A DNA stretch of 56,145 bases, counting the filler, from Jimgerdemannia flammicorona (taxonomy: Eukaryota), in assembly GCA_003990765.1 (NCBI GenBank). It is 2 parts of 2 records of this genome, joined end to end, with 100 filler letters (N's around TTAATTAATTAA, not from the genome) between each part and the next. Parts side by side here need not be neighbours in the genome. Positions count along the whole stretch, not along the records: positions 1 to 28,045 come from RBNJ01000586.1; 1 more part is not named here. One strand, written 5' to 3'. Positions 1 to 10,400 of the stretch are shown here, piece by piece (within the stretch, counting starts at the first letter, position 1; every line of letters starts with the position of its first letter). The notes under the pieces are model-generated. The model worked only from the letters and a program-made list of their open reading frames with translations. It did no database searches and was not told the DNA's origin. Position numbers and translations under genes: made by a program.

Positions 1-1235
1 CCTTCTGAATCCTCCTCCCCTGCATCTTCTCCCAGGCCCCTTTCTCCATCCGAACCCTCTTCCCATCCACCTCTCCCACCACCGTCCTGGCCTCGAACTC
101 CTTCCAGGCTAATCTCCTCCTTGCAACCGCCCCTTCCAGGTCCTCCAGAGCTTCCAGCAAGTCCTCCTTCTCCTCTTGAGTCCCCTTCACCCTAGCGACC
201 TTACACTCCACTTGTCCCCACCTCAGCACTGCTGGCCAGTCCCTCGACTTCCCCGTATTCTCCTTTCCAGCCAGTCTCACCCTGACATCGACGTCTCCAG
301 TTCTAAGCTCCGTGCCCTCCCAGATCTTGAACCCCACGTCCACAATCTTGCCTTACTCCTTTATCGCCTCTACAACCAACTCCCTGGTCCTTTCCTTCGA
401 CACCGTAGGGAGGTCCAACACCATCAACTATACCACCTGGGGGTCCCAGCGCATACACTGAGCCATAGGGACCACAACCCCGCCAACCATCACCCCCTTT
501 TCCATGGCTGCCAACAAGGCATCTTCCTCCTCAAACCCCACCTCAACCCCTTCCTTCCCTCTCAAAAACTTCACTGACGCTGCTCCCCTAGCCTCCTGCG
601 CCACCAGCCCCAAAATCATCCTCGCCGTCACTGCCAAGCCCTGGAAGCACATTGTGACCGCAAATTCGGACCTCGACTTCGTGAGTAACGGGGCCGACAC
701 CATGCCTGTCACCCCATCCACCAGGTCCCCAGGCCTCGTGCCCAATCCACGTCCCGAATTGCCAACTGCCATCACATCTGGATTTTTTGCCAGATCCCCA
801 GTCACAGCCCCATCAACCGTCACATCTCCAGCCCATACTCCGGCCTCTTCCCTACCACCCGAAGCACCCTGGGGTGGACCTCCTTGACCCCCGGTAGTAG
901 CCATCGACGCCTTCCCCAGGCCCAGCCAACTATCCAGCCCAGAAGCCATCGCCCCCATCCTGACCTTGTCAGCAAAGGTCGTCCTCTCCCCTCCTCTCTG
1001 CCTCAGACCTCCCCTCCCTCCGCTGCTAGGGCCCCGGCTAGCCATCGAGGCCCCTGGCATCCCCAAACCATCTCCCCTCCTCCCCACCTGCTGCCAGCCA
1101 AAGGCGCCGCCACCCCCCTGGCCAGTACGCTCACCAGATCGATCGTTGCTGTCCATGTTGTTAGTCATTGGACACCAAAAACGTTGTAGAAAGTGTTGTC
1201 TGAGTCTTGTGTAACCTGAATGTTACCGGAGAAAG
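1..1235 (-). mobile_element. LINE (L1/Tx1-like) 5' part: 5' UTR and ORF1, running off the window start
   Basis: ORF 428..1168 is homologous to ORF 32952..33695 (RP.DL.DG..GMV.APLL.KSR.EFAVT.CF.GL), which precedes an APE-RT ORF2 in the copy at 28196-34156. The stop at 428-430 is CAG>TAG. The 5' end (CTTTC...) is shared with copies ending at 34156 and 35010. Confidence 0.85.
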
Positions 1236-1330
1236 ATCTATTTCTGAATATTCTATAACCTTCCAGCACTTTTCAAATGTTTAAAAATTCTCTCTTAGTA
1301 CTAATTTTTAGCTAGAACTTATTTAGCTAG

Positions 1331-1877
1331 TCATGGAACTTCATAGAAACTGATAGAACTTTATTTGTCATCATTAGTCATTTTTGCCAAGAACTTTCCT
1401 CTTAATATTTTCCTTTTATTTCTCAGATCCTTCTGGGTCCTTTTTTCAGATCTTATATAAATATCTCCTTTGTTCTTATGAATAAAGACTCAGAATATTT
1501 TCTTTCAGAACTCACAAGATCTTCCAGAACTCTGAGTATCTCTTTGAGCTACCTAAAATTACCAGAACTAGTTGCCTCTTTATTTAGAAACTAGAACCAT
1601 TACATTATAGAACTTTATGAAAACTTGTGGAACTTTATTTATCATTATTTGTCATCTTTGCTAAGAACTTTCCTCTTGATATTTCCTTTGATTTCTTAGA
1701 TTCTTCCAGATTCTTCTTTTAGATCTTATATAAATATCCTCTTTGTTCTCTTGAATAAAGACTCAGAATATTTTCTCTCAGAAACTATAAGATCTACCAG
1801 AACTCTAAGTAACTCTTCAAGCTACTTAGAACTTCCAGAAATAGTCACTTCCTTATATAGAAACTAGAACCATTACA
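1331..1877 (+). repeat. Two tandem ~274-bp units (1331-1604, 1605-1877), probably short LTRs of Gypsy relic E
   Basis: The units align along their length. Each has TATAAATA and AATAAA and ends in CCATTACA. The second is followed by a PBS-like sequence. Confidence 0.75.
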
Positions 1878-2380
1878 CTTAGTAGTAGTGATTAAGTTAT
1901 ACCTAGCCTTATCAAGAAACCTCTCAAGATATTAGTCAAAACATTATGGATGATAACAAGTAGAATTCTTTATATAATATCTATAGTCTAGATAATACTT
2001 TCTACAATTAGCAAGAAGAGAGGGAACAGCAAATCTCTGCTCAGTTATCTAGATCTATTAAAAGTCTTTTGTAAACCACATTAGCTCAGAGTACCCAACT
2101 TTAAGAATGTATAAAAAGAAAGAAAAGAAAGGTCCCTGCTTAGACCTTTGTACTCATACTAATCTCAATATATCTGACAATAGTTATCATTAAGTCTCAG
2201 AAGCCTGATACCTTTGATGGTTAAAGAGAAGGACTATCTACCAATACTTGGCTTTTCCAATTGGAGTAATATGGCAAACTGATTAATTTGGAAAAAGCAA
2301 TACTAGTCCAAATTGTCACTATACTCCTCTGAGATAATATTACAATCTGGTAGTCAGAGAGATAGTAGTCCCTATAGTGC
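1878..2380 (+). pseudogene. gag: Decayed PBS and truncated Ty3/Gypsy gag (relic E)
   Basis: CTTAGTAGTAGTG resembles the family A PBS CTTGGTAGCAGTG. The downstream translation KPDTFDG...NTWLFQLE is typical of the Gypsy Gag N-terminus. Multiple stops. Confidence 0.65.
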
Positions 2381-4279
2381 ATGGCCTGAGATAAGACCCC
2401 CAGGGTGGTGCAGCTGCAGGTGAAGAGAGTATCTATAGTAATGGTGGTTGAGACAAGGAGAAGGGTTGAGGAGGTGATGGCCGAGTATGGTAATGTAGTT
2501 AATATTGGTTTCTAGATTTGAGAGGAGACTACCATCAGGACTGGGAATATTGATATCAGGATTTGACTAGCAGAAAGAGGCCACTGGGAAGATGAGTGAC
2601 TGACCAGCAGTGATACTTTGGGAGGCTTTCAGCTATCAGGTCTTGAGGGTGAAAGGGAGTGAGGAGGAGGAGGAGGACCTACTGAAGGCTATGAGTGGGG
2701 CTGTTGAGCAGAGAACAAAGGTCTGGAAGGAATTTGTCAAGTCAACACACTTAGAAATTGTAGAGGGGAAGCATATTTACACTGACAAGAGGTAGTGGGA
2801 GCAGGCCCAGGAGTGCAGGAGGCAGAGGGAGCTTTTGGTAAGTATAAAAGGAGGGGTAGAGAAGAAGGTGGAGGGGACTGAGGAGGTGAGAGGCATCAAA
2901 GCCAGTATCTAGACCAGTAAGAAAGGAGAGGAGGTAGAAGTGAGCAAAGAAGGGGCTGAGAGGATACCAAACAAGGATCATAATACAGATAGTATATTCA
3001 AGGTCTGGGAGCAGGAGTTAGATAGCACTCCCCCCCCTCTCCTTATTAAGAGGGGTCCAGTTGAGAAGAGAGAGGTAGTGGAGAGACTTAGACTTAGTAC
3101 AGAAGGAGCTAAATGTGGATTTGTAGAGAATGGGATTGATATATAACATTATTTCTTATGAACAGTACAACCAATATTTTCTCTTTGAATATGAATGAGT
3201 TAAGGGGGTCTGGGTGATGTAAGAACATTTTTACTTAGCTCAAGAGATTGGAGGCTGATCTTTTTTTACTACAGGATGTATGGTGTGAGGATGAGGATAA
3301 TCAGGTAGAGTGGACTAGGGAATGGGATAGGGCTACTGCTTAGTATAGCAAGGTGGCAATTCTGGTGCAAAAGGGCAGAGGAGACCTGGGGGGAATCAGG
3401 AGCTGGGATGATAGATTGGTCTGAAGAGATTGGTATTGACCTGGGTAGGAGTCAGTAAGAGTTGGCTCCTGCTACTGCCCTGCAGTTAGGGGTGAGAGAA
3501 TTGCATAGATTAAGGAGCTGCTGGAGGGGAGAGTATTCTTGGAGGAAGGAGTTAATGTTCTGGGTGGTGACTTCAATATGGTTTGAAATATGTGCCTGGA
3601 TAGAACTGATGATAGAAGGAATACTGGTGGGAGAAGTGGTGGCCTGGATGCATGGGAGGAGGTAGAGCATCTCAGCTCCTTAGGAAATATGGACAGAATA
3701 TGGTGGAACAACACCAGGGTCTACATATATTGGGTGAATGGATTAGATATGAGGATTGACTAGATACTGACAGCTGAATGTTGGGGTGCTAATGTTTGGA
3801 AGACTTTGGAGGTGGAGTGGTGTCTATGGTTGGATCACTGGAGACTGTTGGAGCAGGAGCAGTTTGGGGGAGTGGAGATGGACCTGGATATTGGTGCCTT
3901 AACTCCTCTCTGCTGGCTGAGAAGGGGTTATAGGACTCATAGATGGAGGACATATAGGCAAAGGTTTATATCTGGAGGCATGAGGATTTATCTGTCAGTG
4001 TTAGGTAGATGAGATTGAAGGAGGCTACAAGGGTTTATTGGAGAGAAGCTGATAGGGAGGCTGGGCAACAGAGGAGGAGATATGTATGGTGTGCTTCAAA
4101 TAGGCTGATGAGACTGCAGATGGAATGAGCTGATCTGCTTTCTTCCATTGAGGTGGAAGATTGGAGGTTAGAGAGGGCAAAATTAGAGATAGTAGATCTA
4201 CAATAAGTGTTGAGAGAGGAGGAAGCAATTCATATATAAGGAATGACTGCCAGATTATAGTGGCAAGAGCTTGAGAAGA
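2381..4279 (+). mobile_element. LINE B, left part: ORF1 remnant and ORF2 start with AP endonuclease, interrupted by Gypsy A2
   Basis: ORF2 start at ~3158 reads MNSTTNIFSLNMNELRG, followed by GGDFN-like and RID motifs. The frame WQELEK resumes as REWPTRYLSRLL at 25554, matching WQGLEEGERPTRFLSQML in the other LINE copy. Confidence 0.85.
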
Positions 4280-4997
4280 TATAAGAGGGTTGCTTTTTAG
4301 AGTAACTATTACATAGTTCTGGAAGGGTTTTCTGGAAGTTCTGGATATTCTGGAAGACCGTTTTCTTAATATCAAGATCAATTTTGTATAGAGTACATCC
4401 TCTATGCTTATTGATTTCAAGATCAAGTTGACATCTCAACCAAAGTCCTTTTTCAGACTAGTTCTGGATGTTCAGAATTTTCTGTATTTCAGGAAGTTCA
4501 AGAAACTAAGACCAGCTTAGTTGAATTAGTGTATTACTATAGACAATACCCAATCAGGAAATTTTATGATAGGGTTAGGAGTGGGACCTAACAGAGAGCA
4601 GATTTACTTAAGAGTAGTTTGTGGGTTATTAAATAGATTTATTTGCTATTCATGATATTGCTATACTAGAAGTAGTGGTGTAAAGGGATATTGTGGGAAA
4701 GTATTCAGGAGTGTTCTTGGATGTCTGAATCTTTAAGTCTGAGATTCTGAGGTCTGATGGAGGGGGTATTTATACTAGTAAGGAGCTATCTAGACTATGC
4801 TAAATATGGGTATAGCACTTAGTGCCTTGTTGAGTCAGAATGCAGTCACATAGTACAAGGGTGATCTGATATATCAAGAGATTGTCTGACTGCTGAGTCA
4901 GTTTACAGTCACTTTATACAAGGCTAATCTAACTATACTATGACTGCTAAGTTATTTATAGATTTAGATGCTATCTGGGTAGTCTTCGATGACATTA

Positions 4998-7055
4998 TGT
5001 AAGAGGGTTGCTTTTTAGGGTAACCATTACGTAGTTCTGGAAGGTTTTCTGGAAGTTCTGGATATTCTGGAAGACTGTTTTCTTATGATCAAGATCAATT
5101 TCGTATGGAGTATATCCTCTACACTTATTGATTTCAAGATCGGGTTAATGTCTCAACCAAAGTCCCTTTTCAGACTAATTCTGGATATTCAGAATTTTCT
5201 GTATTTCAGGAAGTTCAAAAAACTAAGACCAGCTTAGTTGAATTGGCATATCGCTGCAGACAATACCCAATTAGGAAATTTCGTGATGGGGTTAGGAGTG
5301 GGATCTAACAGGGAGCAGATTTACTTAAGAGTGGTTTGTGGGTTATTAAATAGGTTTATTTGCTATTCATGATATTGCTATACTAGGAGTAGTTGTATAA
5401 AGGGATATTGTGGGGAAGTATTCAGGAATGTTCTTGTGTGTTTGAGTCTGAGATTCTGAGGTCTGGGGGAGGGGGTATTTATACTAGTGAGGGGCTATCT
5501 GGACTATACTGAATATGGATGTAGCACTAAGTACTTTGCTGAGTTGAAATGCAGTCATGTAGTACAAGTGTGATCTGATATGTCAAGAAATCGTCTGACT
5601 GCTGAGTTAGTTCAAAGTCACGTTGTACAAGGCTAATCTAACTATACTATGACTGCTAGGCTATTTATGGGTTTAGGCGCTGTCTGGGTAGTCCTCGATG
5701 ACATCACCATTGATTGTATCATCTCTGATGAAGTAGTTGTCTAGGAATAATGGTTCGCGGATTACTTCTCCTTGTTCGCTGAGGTAATAATACATTGGAA
5801 CTTCATCTCTGTCCCACAGGATAGCATCATCTGTCTTGTACACTGGATAAGATGTTGGTGGGTGGAGGAGGGGTACATCATTTTCACTTTCATCAGATTC
5901 ACTGTCTGTATACCTTCTGTAGGTTACAGCACTATGAGTTGCAGGGTTATAGTAAGCTGGTGGCTGTGGTTCATATTGCTCATACTCAGGTGGTGGAGTG
6001 GTTGGTTCGATCTCGAGGGTTGTCTGGAGGTATAGGTTATATTCTCCAGTCTCTTCATTGTAGTTAAAGTAATCGGGGGTGAATGCAGATTAGTATTCAT
6101 GCCAGTGGTCATTGTCCCAATAAGTCTCATATGTTGTTATGAACTATTGTAAGTTCATTGGCAAGGTTGGCGGAGTGATCAGGGTTGGCAGAGATTCTTG
6201 GCTAAAGGTTATGTTGGCATCAGAGGGATCATTGTCTTCTGCTTCATCTTCATCAAAGTGGATTATATCGTAGATGTCCTTCATGGCATATCCAACTTGG
6301 GGCATTTGTAGGATATGATCATTGGGGTGTGGGAAGGTTCTATCTGTGGTTTCGATGTACTTGAGGTACTTCTGGTTGAGTTCTTGTATCATATTGTCAA
6401 TTTGGCCATAGGACAGAGTAGCAACCATTTCGCTGATAGTAACTCGGAGGCGGGGAATAATGGTACTGTACTCATAGAAGATTTCTCGATGTTTGCGGGC
6501 AATGAGCTTCTGGTGTTGAGACATCTGGGTAATATCTGTATCGTAGTGGTGTTCAACCATGTCTTCCAGGAGGCAGCCAATCTGGTAGTAGCTTGAGATT
6601 TGTCTGATTCGGTGAGCCTCGCTAAGCATGTTCAGAGCATTCCATTGGGCTTCCACGAAGTAGAGGAGTGCCAGGCTATGGATATTCATGAGGGGCAGAG
6701 GGGGTGTGGCTTCGTTGACAATGGCATTCCAAATGTCAGTGCAGATATGGTTGTAGATCTCAGTGGTCATATTTGTGTGTTTGGGAGTTATGGTTGTTGT
6801 TTGTTTTGGTTCTGATTTGATGCGTCTCAGTACTTGGTATATATGCATTTGATCCTGATTGGTAAGATTCCATTTGTGTAATCTTGTGTTCTGTGACTTC
6901 ATATTGACTCAGCTTTGTATGCTGTGACTTTGGTTTGACTCAGCTTCATAATCAAGCAGGTGATTTCCAAATTTGTTTGAAGGTCATGTGTGATTTCAGT
7001 GGCTTATTCAGAGGGTGATATGTAATTTCGGTGGCTTAGAGGTTATGCACTTACA
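4998..7055 (-). repeat. A1 3' LTR (2058 bp)
   Basis: Direct repeat of 13576-15570 with TG...CA ends. Minus-strand TATAAATA at 5476-5483 and AATAAA near 5355-5360. Confidence 0.95.
5673..6770 (-). pseudogene. LTR(U3)-encoded ORF of family A, 365-aa consensus, unknown function
   Basis: ORF 6144..6902 continues in frame past a CAG>TAG stop to DYPDSA* at 5673. The sister LTR reads through that codon (ORF 14188..14820). The same 1098-nt length is seen in the solo LTR. Confidence 0.85.
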
Positions 7056-7068
7056 ACTCTCCCCTTCT
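7056..7068 (-). other. Polypurine tract of A1
   Basis: AGAAGGGGAGAGT immediately before the 3' LTR on the minus strand; identical in A2. Confidence 0.9.
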
Positions 7069-7481
7069 TAGCTTTTGACGTCCTCGTCGGGGCCTTCTAA
7101 TTTGTTCTAGTGTTGTTACATCATTTGGGAGGTCAAAAGTCTGGTAAGGTCCATTTTCTCAGAAAGTGGCATGCTTGTAGTATAGTTGCCTAATGCATTG
7201 GATTCACACGTTAAAGGGTCATATGTTCAATGCCATGCGCTGGAAGTGATTCTGATATCATTCACTGCTGGAGAATTTCCTCTAAGACATCTTCTTAAAT
7301 GTCTATGCCTTGTTTCCCACCAGTGGTATAGGGAGTATAGGCTTGCTTTCAGTTTTGCTATTTTTCTAGGGGTCCAGTATTCTTGTCTTGTTTTGCTGAA
7401 TTCTTAGTTTGGTTCACAATAATTATAATGTTTGGGAGGATAATATATAGTATGTGTCAGTAGGTGCAGAGTATTTTGGTT

Positions 7482-10400
7482 TTAGTTGTTCAAGGAATCA
7501 TATTCCTGAACTAGGTCAGTAGCATTCTGGAGATTGGTCTTGGGTTCCCAGGTTGCATCATGGATTGGGTAACCTTTCCATTTGACAAGGTACTCAGGGT
7601 GGTTCTTGTTGCCATGTTTGTTGAGGATCTGCTCAACTTCATACTCCTCTTGGTCATTAATAATGACAGGTGCAGGTGGTTTGGTGGTCCAGTTGGGGAA
7701 TAGTTTGTCATCATTGTCATTATATCACTTGAGACATTGAACATTAAAGACTGGGTGAATCTTAATAGTGTCTGGTAGTGCCAGTTTGTAGGAGGTTGGA
7801 GAGACTTGGGCAATGACTTCAAATGGTCCAATGAACTTGCTGTTCAGCTTTGTAGATGGTCTGTGCTTGAGGTTGTCAACTCGGTATCCTCTGATGTCTA
7901 GTAGGACTTTTTCTCCAATATCAAAAGTTTCTTCATGGCAGTGTTGGTTAACATACTGTGATTGTTGTTCTTGAGCTCGCGATAAATTCTCAATGGCAAT
8001 CTGGCTTAAATTGCACATTCAGAGTAAGAATTCTTCAACAGCTTCGACTGTGGAGGGTTCTTCAGTGGTTCGGATAAGTGTCAAAGGGGTGTTTGGATTT
8101 TGTCCAGTATTGGCAAAGAATGGGGTCATTCCAAGAGAGGCTTGTTTGCTATTGTTGTAGGCAAACTCAACTGCAGTGAGGTGTTCATGCCAGTCATCTT
8201 GTCTGTAGGAAACATAGTTCCTTAGTATTTGTTCCAGAGTTCAGTTCATTCTTTCAGTTTGGCCATCAGATTCTGGGTGAAAGACTGTGAATAGTGCAAG
8301 TTTTGTTCCAAGGTGTGCATGGGGGGCTTTTCAAAAGTGGCTGGTGAATTTCGGATCTCAGTCACTAACAATGATCTTAGGAAGACCATGATAGCAGAAG
8401 ATATTATCAAATAAGAGGGTGGCTATGTCTGGTACTGTTGCAGTAGTGGTAGTAGACACAAAGTGGGCTTGTTTGCTGAGATAGTCTACAAATATAACAA
8501 TTGCATCTTTCCCATTCTTGGTTTGGGGTAGTTGTACAATGAAGTCTATAGAGATTTGTTCCTAATTTGCAGATGGTACTGGGATAGGGTGGAGTAAGCC
8601 GGGTTTTGCTAGTGTTGAGAACTTGTTTCATTGGCAGGCATTACAGGAAGTGATGTAGGTTTTGAGCTGATCTGCCATACAGGGCCAATAGAAGTTTCGG
8701 GAGATAACTTCATAACATTTATCAAATCCTAAATGTCCAGCTGTAGGGGCATCATGACATTTGAATAGGATAGTCCTTCGGAGGTCTCGGTTGTTTGGAA
8801 CATATAGTCTGTCCTTGTAGTAGATAGCATTGTCCTTGAGTTGGTATTGGTTATACCAGATATGCTTGTCAGCATCATCACGTTCAGGATTTCTCGGAGT
8901 GCCTGAGCTTCTTTATCATCAACACATGCTGCAATGATTTGTTCCATGAAAGTGTTGGTAACCAAGGTCAGAGTTTGGATAACCTCTTTGATTGGTGGTC
9001 TGGAGATTGCATCGGCAACAATATTTTCCTTACCAGGGCGATACTGGATTTCATAGTCAAAGTTGGTGAGGACTTTCATCCATCTGGCTTGCTTTTGGGA
9101 AAGGGTAGCCTGTGTCTTGATGTTGACTAATGACTTGTGGTCAGTCAATACAGTGAAGTGTGCTCCTTCTAGATATGGTCACCATTTGATCAAAGTGTCT
9201 ATGATGGCTAGCATTTCCTTCTCGTGAGTTGCGTAGTTGATTTTGGCATCATTGAACTTGCAGGAGTGATAGGCCACAGGGTGTCCTTCTTGCATGAGCA
9301 CTGCTCCAAGAGCTAGGTCAGAGGCATTAGTAGTGACTTCATATGGTAGGGCAGGATTTGCTGCTTGAAGTACTGGAGTGGTTATCAAGGCATCCTTCAG
9401 TGCTTGAAAGGTGGTATCTTGCTTGTATCCCCAATTTACAAGATTGTTGAAGTCTTTCTCTTATTTCATAGTCCAGGATTGTTCTTGTTTCTTACTGTGT
9501 TTGGTCATTTGGGTGAGGGCAGTAGTGATATTAGCAAAGTTGGCAACAAATCGCCTGTAATAGTTTGCTAATCTCAGGAATGACTGGAGGTCTTTCAGCT
9601 TCTTAGGTCTGGGCCAATCCTTGATTGCAGAGGTTTTGCTGGGGTCCACTTTGATTCCATTTGGAGTGACAATGTGTCCAAGGAATTGAATTTCTTTCAA
9701 GAGAATTTTGCACTTGCTGAGTTTTGCAAAGAGTCGGTTTTCTCGGAGTTTCAGTAGTACTAGTTCAAGGTGTTCGAGATGTTCCTCCAGGGTTTTGCTG
9801 AAGACTAGGATGTCGTCAATATAGACAACAATGAATTTGTCTAGGTATGGATGCAGAATGGTATTCATCAGTATCTGGAAGGTTGCTGGAGTATTAGTTA
9901 AGCCAAAGGGCATAACCAGGAACTCGAAGTGTCCATAGCAAGTTCGGAAAGCTGTCTTGTAGATGTCTTCTTCTTTCATGGCAATTTGCCAGTAACCATT
10001 TCATAGGTCAAAAGAGCTCATGAATTGTGGGTTGGTGAGCCTATCGAATATTTCATCAATCCTCAGTAGTGGGCAACAGTTCTTGATGGTCTGTTCATTG
10101 AGATCGTAGTAGTCAATACACATTCATAGGTCTTCTCCTTTCTTAACAACGAAGAGGACTAGTGCACTATAGGGTGATATGCTGGGTCTGATGAATCCTT
10201 GTTCTAGGAGTTCATCAATTTCTTTCTTGAGTGCATCGATTTCTCTCAAAGACATGTGATAGATTGACTTGAAGGCTGGTTTGGCATCTGGGATAGTCTT
10301 GATTGCATGGTCTACTGCTCATTTGGGAGGTAGGCCTTTCGGGAGCTTCTTTGGGAATATGTCTCAGAATTTCTAGAGTAGTGGTCTGACATGGCTGTCA

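Noticed and set aside
176..1214. Plus-strand Pro/Ser-rich ORFs (also 30837-34063 and 25501-26479)
   Set aside because: Antisense to G-rich LINE coding sequence; compositional artefacts.
5673..6770. LTR-ORF as an env gene
   Set aside because: No signal peptide, transmembrane segment or furin site is visible, and it lies inside the LTR rather than before the PPT.
5772..6815. Recurrent plus-strand ORFs in family A LTRs (also 14272-15330, 24242-24552, 29575-30663)
   Set aside because: Antisense shadows of the minus-strand LTR-ORF. They recur only because the LTR is repeated.
6771..6902. Upstream ATG giving a 409-aa LTR protein
   Set aside because: The codon is ACG in the solo LTR and lies within the motif pair, so it is probably a CpG deamination product. 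The ATG at 6770 is preferred.
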